From contig VRMN01000017.1 in NCBI GenBank assembly GCA_008690995.1, positions 186,001 to 250,000 on the forward strand: a stretch of DNA of 64,000 nucleotides, read 5' to 3'. The notes beneath the pieces are model-generated. The model saw only the letters and a program-made list of their open reading frames with translations, searched no databases and was not told the DNA's origin. This DNA is from Porphyridium purpureum (lineage: Eukaryota). Both the position numbers and the translations under genes were made by a program. Below are positions 21,830-33,353 of the stretch, one piece after another; positions within the stretch are counted from its first letter, which is position 1; every line of letters starts with the position of its first letter.

Positions 21830-23398
21830 ATGCCGGCAGACTCTCTATTGCGCGTCTTGCTGGAGGAGGACGTGGTGAATTCGTGGTGTGTGAAATGGTG
21901 TGAGGGCGTGCTTGCGGGTGAGGGCCTTGCGCGGCAAGTCGCCGTGCTTGGGGGTGGAGGCATGGGTGGCGTGCGCAGTGCGGCGTCGAGCGACTGCGCG
22001 CACTCGCAAGGAGCGCAGGATGTTCGGCAGCTGAGTGTAGGGCTCGACGTGCGGTATAATTACGACGTGCTCACTCCACGCGAGCTGCATTGCATTCCGT
22101 TCCTACCCACGCCGCGAGATCTCGAGAACGCACTGGTTGTGGATAGTAACGTGAAGCAGCTGAACGAGCGCACAATGGCTTTGATTGTCCCGATGTTTGA
22201 AACGGGAAGATTCGTCGCAGGGATTTCATATTTGAACACCAGCAGTATTCCACTCCCGGCGGGCGTGTACAAGCTGCCTGGCCACCGCTTTGTCGGCTTT
22301 CGCACCAGGTATGGTTACGCATACCTAGACGTGGGGATCTGCACAGACGGAACGGTTATTTTTCGCCTCTTCAGGATGTGGGAGAACGGCAGAACGAAAG
22401 CAGAAGTCTTCCACGTACCCCACATCGAAAAGGATGCACCGGTCCTGAGTTACACAAGCATGGAGCGTCGGGGATGCTGCCTTCCAGACTGTACGAATGA
22501 AGCATCGTGCATTTGCTGGCGGCAACCGTGGCATCGCCGATCCGATCGCGAGCTCGAGTCGCTATTGACGTGGAAAGAGTACAGGGCTCGCTATACACAA
22601 AGCATTCAGGGAATTCACGTAAGACACGATGGTCAAGTTCCGATCATGAATGTCTTTAGTGGCGATCGTCGGCTCATGTATCAGTTTCCAGTTCCTTTGC
22701 AGCTCGAGGTGGCGGCAGGCAACAGGTATCACGACATGGACAGGCTCAAGTTTCTCTTTTTTGACCGGCTGTCCATGGCTTCCTCTGCTTATCACAGTCG
22801 AGTCCTGACGCGTCCCGGGTCGCTTTCATCGCATTCTCCGAAGGCGAAAACCCGGAATGATGACGCTCGCAACGGGACTTTGGCAGAGGTGATTTCGTTT
22901 GAAACGATTGCACCGAGCAAGCGGGCGCGCGTGGACACGACTATCGCGGTGACCAGTAGTGGGGCGTCTTTCTCTCAGCCCTCGGTGAAGTCTGAAGATG
23001 ACGGCACAGGCGCCGGCGGGAGGCGCGCGGCCGGATGTTCGTCCGGTCGGTCGAAAGACGGGAAGTACAAGTGCACGATGTGTGGCAACGTGTTTGGGCG
23101 TAACAGCGAGCTTCGGCGACACGAGAAAACGGTGCACCTCAAGGCGAGCAATCATCAATGCACCAAATGCGAGCGCTCCTTCTCTCAGGCTGTGCACCTG
23201 CAAACGCACGTTCGCGCCGTGCACGAGAAGCGCCGCGACTTTCGATGCCCGGTGTGCCCGAGCTCGTTTGCCGTCTCCAGCAACTACAAGCGACACATGC
23301 GCTCCTTCCATCCATCCAACATAACTACCGTCAACATGAATGCTGCCACTTCCACTAGCAGGGTCGCGCCAAATATGTCGCGCTCGTCTGCTCGCTGA
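21830..23398 (+). CDS. C2H2 zinc-finger protein, paralog 3
   Basis: MPADSLLRVLLEED start; same conserved blocks; three fingers. Confidence 0.88.
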   Translation: MPADSLLRVLLEEDVVNSWCVKWCEGVLAGEGLARQVAVLGGGGMGGVRSAASSDCAHSQGAQDVRQLSVGLDVRYNYDVLTPRELHCIPFLPTPRDLENALVVDSNVKQLNERTMALIVPMFETGRFVAGISYLNTSSIPLPAGVYKLPGHRFVGFRTRYGYAYLDVGICTDGTVIFRLFRMWENGRTKAEVFHVPHIEKDAPVLSYTSMERRGCCLPDCTNEASCICWRQPWHRRSDRELESLLTWKEYRARYTQSIQGIHVRHDGQVPIMNVFSGDRRLMYQFPVPLQLEVAAGNRYHDMDRLKFLFFDRLSMASSAYHSRVLTRPGSLSSHSPKAKTRNDDARNGTLAEVISFETIAPSKRARVDTTIAVTSSGASFSQPSVKSEDDGTGAGGRRAAGCSSGRSKDGKYKCTMCGNVFGRNSELRRHEKTVHLKASNHQCTKCERSFSQAVHLQTHVRAVHEKRRDFRCPVCPSSFAVSSNYKRHMRSFHPSNITTVNMNAATSTSRVAPNMSRSSAR

Positions 23399-24049
23399 CT
23401 CAAGGCGTTCGTAACGATATATTTTCAATTTGTTGGGATAATGTCAGATCACTTCAAGGCAAATCGGAACGGCATGGGAGCGTGTCAGAGCTGGAAAATC
23501 CGGATGCAGGTTAACTCACAAAACGCATGCTAGGCAAGGGCCTCGGCTCGCCAAGGCGTCTTCATAGCGGTGGCGCTGTCGATTTTGAAGACTGCGCTCG
23601 GTGAAAAATAGCCGGTTTAGTCATGGTGTGTCATGTGGATGCAACGTGATCTCGGCGGCGAGTATTCCGGTTTGACTTGCGTGAGCGGCATTGGGGCGTG
23701 ACGTGGGCCCGAGAGGCCGCACTCGACGCGTCGCGGTGCATTGACATCGGAGACACACTGGCACCAGAAATGCAAAGGTTAATGTCGTATTTTATTTCGT
23801 CGTCGGGCCTACCCAGCACGTACGAACGCCATCGGTTTGTATTCGATGTCAGAAAGCACTTTGACGCGCTCGCGTCGCACGAGGTTCAGACCATGCTGTA
23901 AGTATATCTCAAGGAGGAGCTTGCTGACGTCGTGCAAACAGAAATCGATATGGCGTGCTTGAGGAATAGTGGCAACATGATAGTTGTGCCGGTATTCATT
24001 CAGGGTCGCTCTTTTGGCGGTTTGCACCAGAATTCCACGTTCAATCCGC

Positions 24050-24560
24050 TTTCGCAAGTTGTGCTGAGACTATAGGACAGGTGTTCCCTGGTCTTTGGCT
24101 CCTTCTACGGCCTCGTCATTGTTCACGTCGTCGCCATGCACAGTGACGGCTGTGTGCTATACAACATGTTGCGTCCGTGGGAGAACGGCAGGATCAAGTT
24201 TTCTGCAAGTCGCTCGCCGCGCAAGGAAAAGGACGCTCCGATTCCTGCGTTCAATCGCACGGAAAGGGCAGGCACGTGTCTACCAAATTGGAAGGGCAGG
24301 AAGAACACTTGTGTGCGATCGGAGACGGCTTTCGCACCGACACGTAGCTTGCGAACTATTTGGCCCAGTCAAATGGGCAGAGTTGGGCTTGAGCCTTCGC
24401 TCTAGCTTCTCTGCCGTACCGCTGTGTGGTGTCGCACGTGGGTGTGGGCGTGTTTGCAGGCGACGGGCGACCATTGCATTTTCACAAAGTGGTGACAAAG
24501 TTTCAGAGCGTCCGCGGACAAGCCTTCAGTGACGTGAACCAGCCACGAGCGCCTCGTCGG
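24050..24560 (+). pseudogene. Degraded fragment of the C2H2-cluster N-terminal domain
   Basis: MHSDGCVLYNMLRPWENGRIKF...EKDAPI...ERAGTCLPN matches paralog blocks; disrupted on both sides. Boundaries approximate. Confidence 0.7.
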
Positions 24561-25738
24561 TGTGACAAAGTCGCACGATTGGATTTAGTGGCTGGTCGCC
24601 TTTTGAAACCATGGAGGCCAGAGGGGCGTCTAGTGGCTGTGTCATTCTTCCACAACATGTGAAACATCGTGCAAGGGCGGGGGCCGCCCATTTGCTTTTG
24701 GGCAAGTTCATTATGCTTTCAAACGGTCCCCATGCACAGTGTCTGGAGCAATCCGGGCACGATCGCTCGAGGCGTCGCCATTTGCCAGACAATTCCGCTT
24801 CGCCGCAAGCTGACAATGCATCACCAACACAAATAGCCTGGTTATTGGCTGCGGAAGAACGGCGTAGAACCTGTTCAACGGAAAAGTTCCCGAGGAATAA
24901 TGCGCAGAAAGGTGCAAGGACATGTCACGTCGCGCCCACGTCGCGCCCACGTCCGCTGTGTTGCAGAATGTGATGCACGACCGGGCCGCGAACGATCCGG
25001 CTCGCCGATGCGCACCATGCGACAGGACGCGTAGATGACACCGGAGGATTCTGTGGCGCGCGCGGACTGTGCTCGAGAAGCTGGCAAAGGTGCAGCTAGA
25101 GCTTCACTAGCTGAGCTCGAACAAACCGACCGTATACTACTTCAACTTTTAAAAATACAGTACCGAGTGACTTTCCGGTGGGAAGCGACAAGCGCGGCAC
25201 GCTCGGGAATGCGGTCGTCGGCATCGAGGTCTTCCCTGGCCTTCCGGTGCGAGAGACTCTTTGACACGACAGCGCGTGAACACATCCGGTTTAAATCTGT
25301 CAATGCTTCCACCCAGCCAACATCCAAACACACACCAACCGCGCAACCTCGACCTTTTCTTCATTAACACGCACGACGTTGCCGGCTGCTTGGCATCGGC
25401 GCACGCACGGCGTGCTTGACCAGCACGCGCGCGCGCACTGCGCGAGCGTGCCGCACGGCGAACGCGCAAATCCGCGCGAGAACGCACAAAGTCTGCGCGT
25501 GTGTCTTGAGCGGCCTCGCTGTGATGGCGGCGGCGGCGGCGCTGTTGGACGCGGCGCACGTAACAGACACACCGCACGGCAACTTGTGGCTGTGAACATG
25601 CGGAGCCTGTGAGAGGGACAAGTATCGGTGAGAAAGAGGAAGGACAAAGAGGGAGTGCAGGGGTCAGGGAGGGAGATGAGGGCAACGAGGAGGGCGTCTG
25701 GACCTTCTGCACAGACAAGCGAGTCTGGAGAGGCTGCG

Positions 25739-27073
25739 ATGGCAGGCGCCAATGGCGGCAGAATGTCCTTGCTGGGTGCGAAGCGCACGGTCTCGCGCGC
25801 GCAGGTGACCGCGCTGGCTGCGCTAGCCATGGTGTCGTGTCTCATTCTGGGCTACTTATTCACGCACCGTGCCGCCGCGAAGAAGGTGCGCTACGGCCTC
25901 ATGATTGACGCGGGAAGTACGGGATCGCGCATGCACACGTTTGCGTTCTCGCCGTCGCTCAGCGGAAAGCTCGTCTTGCTCAGCGATGATTTCTACCCGG
26001 TGAAACCAGGCTTGTCCTCGTACAAGGACGCGCCCAATACCGCAGGTGCGTCGCTGCTGCCGCTCTTGGAGCGCTCGCGGTCGCTGATTCCCGCATCTCG
26101 CCACGCAAAAACGCCTGTGTATCTGAGAGCCACCGCCGGGCTCCGCATGACCGGGGCAGAAGCATCGGCCGCGATCCTGGACAGCGTGCGCGCCACGCTG
26201 CAATCGTCGGGCTTTATGTTCCGTGACCACTGGGCGTCGATTCTTGGCGGCAACGATGAAGGAATCTATTCGTGGATCACTGTCAACTACTTGCTCGGTC
26301 GCGAGGCCGCAGACACCGTGGGTACGCTCGAAATGGGCGGCGGCTCGGCGCAGGTGGCGTTCATCCCGCGCGCAGCGCCGAAGCCCATCTCCAATCCAGA
26401 ATGCGTGGTGCCAGAAGAGAATATCAGCTTTTCCGGCCAGAAGATGAAGCTTTACACGACGAGCCATCTTGGATACGGTCTCAAGAAGGCCAAGGCCGAC
26501 ATGATGACTAAGCTGGTTGCCATGAATCGGCGCGATTCAAACCCATGCTTGAGCAAGGGCGCTCAGGAGGTCGAAATTCCGTTTGCCTCCAAGGTCGAGC
26601 AAATGACTGGCACTGGTGCATTCAAGGAGTGCGAGGAGCTGATTGACTCGGTGCTCGGCAAGGACGCGGGTAACTGCACGTGCGGGCTGTGCACGTACGG
26701 AGCCAAGTTCCAGCCGCAGCCCATCAAGGAGTACGTGGCGTTCGCGTTCTATATGGAGCGCACAGTGGACATTGGGTTAACGTCACCCATCACGCTAGCG
26801 GACCTGCGCCGCAAGGGCGACGAAGTTTGCTCAATGACCAAAGAGGCCGTCAACAAGGCGTATCCGCACATTGCAAACGGGCAGGGCGTCGACCTGTGTT
26901 TTGACCTGGCCTTTATCCACTCGCATCTGCATAAGGGGCACGGCATTCCGGAGTTTGATGAGACGATCAAGATCCATGTCGTCAGCAAAATCAAAGGCGT
27001 CGAGCTGGGATGGGCGCTCGGGGCCATGTTTGACGAGCTCAGCAAGCTAGACGAGGAGGCCATGCAGCAGTAG
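25739..27073 (+). CDS. Apyrase / nucleoside diphosphatase (GDA1/CD39 family), type II membrane protein
   Basis: Apyrase conserved regions DAGSTGSR, ATAGLR, GNDEGIYSWITVNYLL, EMGGGSAQ, WALG; N-terminal TM helix. Confidence 0.95.
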   Translation: MAGANGGRMSLLGAKRTVSRAQVTALAALAMVSCLILGYLFTHRAAAKKVRYGLMIDAGSTGSRMHTFAFSPSLSGKLVLLSDDFYPVKPGLSSYKDAPNTAGASLLPLLERSRSLIPASRHAKTPVYLRATAGLRMTGAEASAAILDSVRATLQSSGFMFRDHWASILGGNDEGIYSWITVNYLLGREAADTVGTLEMGGGSAQVAFIPRAAPKPISNPECVVPEENISFSGQKMKLYTTSHLGYGLKKAKADMMTKLVAMNRRDSNPCLSKGAQEVEIPFASKVEQMTGTGAFKECEELIDSVLGKDAGNCTCGLCTYGAKFQPQPIKEYVAFAFYMERTVDIGLTSPITLADLRRKGDEVCSMTKEAVNKAYPHIANGQGVDLCFDLAFIHSHLHKGHGIPEFDETIKIHVVSKIKGVELGWALGAMFDELSKLDEEAMQQ

Positions 27074-27400
27074 AAGTACTGGCGGGATCACGCATAGCCA
27101 CATGTACTGCTCATCGATGCCCAAGTCTCAGTATTGGGCGGCGAGTCGCACATGTCAAAATAAAAAAGCGCTGTGAAAATCACGAGCCGCACAGCAAGAA
27201 CCTCAGAGCCTCTGGCTCCAGGAAGAATCTTTGCAAATCTCAGCGACCACACCGCACATCGTGCCCTTGCCCACCTGCGACTGCCGACAAAGTCTCCACA
27301 GCTTTACGACGAAACGTCGTGCAACCACGGGCTTTGCGGAGCCGGCGAACGGAGAAGCAGAAGGAACGAAAGGGGGGAACGGTGTGTAGGCAGACGGGCG

Positions 27401-27688
27401 ATGGCTGGGATGGCAGGGATGGGCGGGATGGGGATGAGCGCGGATCAGGAGGCGATGATCCGCAAGATGGAGATGGAGGAGACGCTCAAGACGTACAATG
27501 ACACCGTGTACCGGTGTTTTGGCGAGTGCGTCGACTCGTTCCGCGGCAAGACGCTGGATGGTAAGGAGGAGGCTTGCGTGCGCAAGTGCGCAGAAAAGTT
27601 TGTCAAATTTTCGCAGCGCGCGCAGATGCGGTTTGGTGAGAAGCAGCAAGAAATGCAGCAGGAAATGATGCAGCAGATGCAAAAGTAG
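27401..27688 (+). CDS. TIM9: Mitochondrial small Tim chaperone (Tim9-like)
   Basis: YNDTVYRCFGECVDSF...EEACVRKCAEKF..SQRAQMRFGE with twin CX3C motif. Confidence 0.85.
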   Translation: MAGMAGMGGMGMSADQEAMIRKMEMEETLKTYNDTVYRCFGECVDSFRGKTLDGKEEACVRKCAEKFVKFSQRAQMRFGEKQQEMQQEMMQQMQK

Positions 27689-28015
27689 TAGGCGCGGAGC
27701 GCACTAGAACAGCGGAGGGAGAGGGAGACAGGGGGCGGAAGTTTAAGTATTGCTAAAGCTGCTGCGGCGATTGTTGTATACATCAATCTTGAGGTTGGAA
27801 CCGGACACAGCGCATGGACTCGGCGCAAGATCGAGCGCTCGGACGTGTCGAAAACTAGCTTTACCACCTACATACAACCCACATGGAAACTGGGCACGCG
27901 GCGAGCTTCTGTGGCGCTTCTATCCAGAGCTTCCGATGATTTTACTCCACACTACAGTCGGTCAGCAAGTCAGACAGGCGTTGTGCAAAGGACGCCCCCC
28001 AGTCGTCTACTGTGC

Positions 28016-28804
28016 TCAGACCAACGACTTTGGCTTGGCGCTCTCACGGATATCCTTTATGGCCTGCGCGTAGTCTGGCGCACCAAACACAGCCGACCCG
28101 GCGACAATGGCATTAGCTCCGGCGTCCTTGACGATGTAAGCATTGCTGCCCTTGACACCGCCGTCGATTTCGATCCACGGATTCAGCCCGCGCGCGTCGC
28201 ACATCTCACGCAGCGCCTTGATCTTTGGCACGACGGCGTCGATAAACGTCGCGCCGCCAAAGCCCGGATTGACGGTCATGAGCAGCACCAGGTCGACCTC
28301 TTGGAGCACGTACTCGATGGCTGACAGCGGCGTGCCTGGGTTCAGCACGACGCCGGCCTTGCATCCGAGATCCTTGATCTGGCACAGCGTGCGGTGGAGA
28401 TGGATGGTGGAGGCGCCCTCGCAGTGCACCGAAATAATATCTGCGCCGGCCTTTGCAAAGTCTGCGACGCGCTGTTCGGGCTCGACGATCATGAGGTGGA
28501 CGTCGAGCGGAAGCTTGGTGATGGGCCGAATCGCGTCGACGACCAGCGGGCCGATGGTGATGTTTGGCACGAAGCGGCCGTCCATGACGTCCACGTGCAC
28601 CCAGTCGCAGCCGGCCTTCTCAATGGCCAGCACCTCCTCGCCCAGCCGCGCAAAGTTGGCCGACAGGATCGACGGCGAAACCATGCAGTCGCCGCTCTTG
28701 GGCGCCGGCACGTCCACCTTGGCCATGGTACAGACGTGCTTCTTCTGTGCGCACGCGCGGCGGCCCGCCGCCGCACTCCAGCCATTCACAAACGCGGCCG
28801 CCAT
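28016..28804 (-). CDS. RPE: Ribulose-phosphate 3-epimerase, plastid-targeted
   Basis: [40 protein letters not shown]-terminal MAAAFV transit peptide. Confidence 0.96.
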   Translation of the reverse strand: MAAAFVNGWSAAAGRRACAQKKHVCTMAKVDVPAPKSGDCMVSPSILSANFARLGEEVLAIEKAGCDWVHVDVMDGRFVPNITIGPLVVDAIRPITKLPLDVHLMIVEPEQRVADFAKAGADIISVHCEGASTIHLHRTLCQIKDLGCKAGVVLNPGTPLSAIEYVLQEVDLVLLMTVNPGFGGATFIDAVVPKIKALREMCDARGLNPWIEIDGGVKGSNAYIVKDAGANAIVAGSAVFGAPDYAQAIKDIRESAKPKSLV

Positions 28805-29368
28805 TGTTCCCGCTGTTCTCGCCCCTCCTGCTCTGCCACCACTACACGCGCCGCCGCTCTCTCTCTCTCTCGCCGCCTCCGGTGCGTCTTTCGAGTCGCA
28901 CTGCGTACGCGCCACCGCGTCACGTGTGCCAATCTCGCCCGCCAAAATCACAAAAACACCCGCTTTTACAAGAACGCGCGCACGTACAATCTCCCACCAC
29001 AGAACACAGCGTACAGTGGCATGTGCGGGCGTTGGAAAGGGCGGGCGCTTGTCGTGGCGGCGGCACGCGCTGCCGCGTGCGCGCGCGCGGCTGTGGCGCA
29101 GCAACGGGTCTGCGTGGGTGTGCTCGCTGCTGCGTCGAGCCGCCGTCGCCGCACGCGATTCGGTTGCGCCAGGGGAATACAGGTTTGATGAACCATGCAA
29201 CACGTTTGTATTCAAGAAGCGTTAAAATTGACAAGCAACATGTGTTCTCCAAGCCGCCAAGCGGAACTCCAAGGGGCCCTTTTCCTTTGCTTCTACATAT
29301 ATACACAAGCCTCGCCGCGTCAAAAAAGACAGTGGCCGCAACTCGGCTTGATGTCTGTCAGTACAACG

Positions 29369-30376
29369 TTAAATGAGAACAGGCGCAGCCGGCCGACAGG
29401 TTGGCGCGGCACCAGGTGAGGCAGCCGCGCCTGGCGACGAGCTGCCGCCATGAGACTGAAGCAGTGCTTGAGACATTCCATGCTTGTGACTTGATTGCGG
29501 GCCGGTGTTCTTGCTGATTGCCTTGAAGTGCACGGTTCCCATGTGCTTCAGAAGAGTGGAGCGTTGTGAGAACTTTTGCGAGCACTGGTTGCATTCAAAC
29601 TTGCGCTCGTTGTTGTGCACGTGCCGCACGTGCTTGTACAAATTTGACTTGTGCGAAAACTTGGCCACCTGGCAGATGGTGCACACAAAGCGTCCTTCGT
29701 CGTCTTGGATCACGTCGATTCGGCGCACCCTTCCGTTGGAAGACACCGGGAGCGAGCGCTCCTTCGCGTCTTCCGGCTCGATTGACGGGGGCACGGATGC
29801 TGTGGCGGCGTGCTGCTCGAGCGTCATGTACGAGAAGCTTGGCGAGCTGAGCGAGCCCAGTGACCCTAGCGATCCCAGCGAGCCGAACGAGTTCCACTCG
29901 GCGCGTCCTGGCGACTGGATGGCTCCCGAGCTCACTCCGCTCGCAAATGAGAGCGTGCGGTTGAGAGGCTGCATTGGCGGCATGGGCACTGTGAGCGGGT
30001 GGCGCGCCCACTCGTGCGTGCTTGCTGACGACGCAGGCGGCTGCGTCGGCGCTCGATCCATCATCGTCATCATCGCATGGGACGCGGCTGGCGGGCGCGC
30101 GCGGGCCACATGCTGCGGCGTCACGAGCCTCGCCGGCGGCGCCGGCGCGTACGTGCTCGCGTCTGTGTCGAGCCCGCGGCTGCCGGGCGAGTCGTCAACG
30201 CTGGTCGTGGACCCCGACGCCGCGCTGCTGTGGCTGCCTTTCCTCTTGAGATCAAGCAGCCCGAATGCGGCGTCCGAGTCGCAGCGCACCAGGCCGCCGG
30301 AGCCGGGCTCGATTCCCAGCACGTCACACCCCTGCGCCGTGCGCACTCCCAGCGAAGCCCTCAGCGCGACCTCCAT
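29369..30376 (-). CDS. C2H2 zinc-finger transcription factor (2 fingers)
   Basis: FVCTICQVAKFSHKSNLYKHVRHVH and FECNQCSQKFSQRSTLLKHMGTVH; Ser/Pro-rich N-terminus. First ATG at 30376. Confidence 0.85.
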   Translation of the reverse strand: MEVALRASLGVRTAQGCDVLGIEPGSGGLVRCDSDAAFGLLDLKRKGSHSSAASGSTTSVDDSPGSRGLDTDASTYAPAPPARLVTPQHVARARPPAASHAMMTMMDRAPTQPPASSASTHEWARHPLTVPMPPMQPLNRTLSFASGVSSGAIQSPGRAEWNSFGSLGSLGSLGSLSSPSFSYMTLEQHAATASVPPSIEPEDAKERSLPVSSNGRVRRIDVIQDDEGRFVCTICQVAKFSHKSNLYKHVRHVHNNERKFECNQCSQKFSQRSTLLKHMGTVHFKAISKNTGPQSSHKHGMSQALLQSHGGSSSPGAAASPGAAPTCRPAAPVLI

Positions 30377-30601
30377 TGCTTCCCACCAGACACCCACGTC
30401 TTCCCCACTGTGCAAACCACCAGCACCAGCACCAGCACCAAAACCAAAACCAAAACCAAAAACCAGAGCTCAACCTCTCCCTGAACGACGCTGTGATCCA
30501 CTTCCTTCACGTCCACACCCCCACCCCTCTTGATCCTCTGCCGCCTCTCCCTTCTCCTTCTGCTGCTTCTCCTTCTTCTCCTGTCTCATACCCTCTGGTG
30601 C

Positions 30602-31336
30602 GTGTCCAGTAAAACACCCCACACCCCACACCACACACACACACACGCTGGATAAACGCGGCTGCGTGCTTCCTTTTTGTGCGTGAGTGACCGTGTGTAT
30701 CGACCACGCTCCCAGTAAAACACCCCCCCTCCCCACACACACACACACACATACGCGTGCGTGTGCGTGTGCGTGTCCGTGTCCGTGTGAAGGAGAGCTT
30801 GTATGCGTGGGTGTCTCTCTCTCCCTCACCGCATTTACACGCAGTCCACCGGATCCAGACGCGTGTCCAGTACCGTTGGACACCACCCCCACACACACAC
30901 GCCAGACAACACCAACACGGGCGACCAACAGGTCATAACAAAGCGACACGGTTTGCGGGGGGTACAGTTACTGGGTGAGGCGGTGAGTCAGTGATGAGTG
31001 GTTGCTATTCCGCACGCTGGACACCACGCACGCAGTCAGCGCATCTACCAGCGCTGTGTGTGTGGCTTGCTGGACACGCGTCGGTTGGTGCGTCCTATGA
31101 CAAAACGGGGGCGCTGGATCGGGTTCCGCACACAGATGCGTGTCCACTTCCGTTGGACACCAGCCCCCCTTTTGACCACCGTTGCTCGTAGTTTCTATCC
31201 GCGCGTGTGCGTTTCTGGGGGTGAGTTTTTTTGTGGATCGCGGCAAGGTGTTGTGGTGTGGTGTGTTTTGGATAGTGAGGCCACAGCCATCGACGCAGAG
31301 CAGCTGGTGTCCGCGCGACGTGCTTTTTGGTGTCCA
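30602..31336. promoter_or_regulatory. Cluster of GTGTCCA/TGGACAC motifs upstream of the C2H2 gene
   Basis: Two GTGTCCA-N7-TGGACAC palindromes (30863-30883, 31140-31160) plus four single half-sites. Confidence 0.4.
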
Positions 31337-33353
31337 CTTGGAATCCTCGCGCTCCTCCACTTCACGTGGTAACAACAATGGTGGGAAGAGCGAGTGTTTG
31401 GAGGGGGGCTGTTGGCATAGAAGAGAGGAAAGAGCGAAGACACCAACTGTAACGCTGGAGGCCTTGGCGGCATCTGGTGACGCAACGCGCGCATGTGAGC
31501 ATGGCCGCACGACGTTGCGCACGCGTCTTCGTTATCCGCCGAGCGGAAACGACCCGGGCCATTCCGGCGCGCGCCACTTCGGTTCAAGAGGAAAACTGCG
31601 CGCGTTGCGATGCAGAAGTGGGCGCGCGCCACTCGGGCTCGGTGGTGATGGCGTGGAATAGGCGGCGCAGATGGATGGCGCAACAAACGGTCTAGCGGTC
31701 TCGCGGTTATTCGGATTAACGGCTCGCGCCGATCTGACAGAGCAGTCGGTTCGGTGTGGTTCGGGGTATGGCGCACATGTGCCACAGGCGTCTGTGTCTG
31801 TTGCCTCCGTGCTTTGACACAGATGGCGGCCCATTGTCATCACCGTTTTATGCCTTCCCGCCATCGCCATTCTGTGAATGGAGCGGTATCGTTGGGGACA
31901 ACTCTCACGGTAGGGCAGACGATGATCGTCCGGTTCTTCCGCACAGGCAAAAACGGCCGTTCATTCTCTCCATGGTTGTGTACTCGCGCGGTGAAGCACG
32001 GTCGAGACTTGGGAAACGTTAGCGTCACGAAACTCCCCAAAGCTGTGTAAGGCGCAGCGACGAGTGCACGAGATGAGATTTGAAGCACCCGCACACACAC
32101 ACACACACACACACACACATTTTCTCTGTCTTTCCTCATCGGATCGGCCGCTGGGGATGCGCACGCGTACCATCCACTTCGTGGTGGACTGCACGGAGTA
32201 TTGGGCGCTCGCACGCTGACGCGTGCTATCACCGCTCCACGTTGGACTTTTCAGCGCGCAAGGAGAACGAAAATGCTACTCGAGCGCACGCATCCAGCTT
32301 CTTGCCTTGGAAGAAAGGCACAGCCGCCCACCGACGAGCTCCTCGTCAGCCCTTCTGTGCTTTGCTCAACATTGCTCCACTTTGGCGGCGAGCGCCCAGC
32401 GCAACGTTCAGCGTTTCCTCGGAAACGGCCAAGCGCGGCAGCGGGCAGATGCAGGCAGTCCAGAAACTGTCGCAACACACTCGGCAGTGCGCCTTGGAAG
32501 ATACCTTCTAGGACATGGGAGTGAAGCTACGAGGCCGAGGACCGTCTGGTCATCGGCTTCCTGGTGACCCGGCGAGAGGAGAAGATTGTGCCCTCTGTCG
32601 AACTTTGAACCAATCTGTAGAATCTCGCTCACACACGTTTCCCAATTCGTTTCTTACCTTCTTGCCCTGAGAGCGTCCAGCAATACATGCGACGCGCTTT
32701 CTACATGGGCGACGGGAACTTCAGACGACAGCAAACTGCCGTGAGACACAGCCCCCGCCTAGAATCGTGCGCGTAAGCTTCAGAGTCTCGACACAAATGC
32801 ACGATGCTCTCATCTTCTTAAAACACATGCGCTTCCGATGAATGGTGAAGAACGTGCGGAACCGGACACCGGGACATTGAGTTCCCGCTGAACCAGGGAC
32901 GGCAGTGCTCGCTTGGGCACACGGCGCTGCTGAAAAGCACTGGGGCAAGGTATATGGCTCAATCATTTGCTAGCAGCAAGACGCGTATCGGCAGAGCTTT
33001 ATACATTTGGAAGGCGTGCTGTGGTGTCGCCCGTGGGTCCGCATACGGTGGCGCTACGGTCCCGGTTTTTAATTATACACGTCCTCCTGAACTCTGCAAG
33101 GCGGAAGAAATTGCTTCATGTCAAAGCATGCCCCGAGTGGAGTGAAAACGTAAATGCCCACAGGCACGCTTTCCTTATTCAATGACCACAACACTCGATC
33201 CTTCGCTTGGACCACATGTTCCGGGGGTGGCTTTTTTTTGGGCAAGACTTTTCACGGGGTTTACCCCTGTGCTTTGGCGTTTCTACACTTCGAGCCAAGC
33301 TTCCCTCTCCACAAGTCCCGCACCGCGAGAAACCGACCCCATCCGCTTCGGAT

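Noticed and set aside
30420..32120. (ACCAGC)n, (ACCAAA)n and (CA)n tracts as functional elements
   Set aside because: Ordinary microsatellites in UTR/intergenic DNA.
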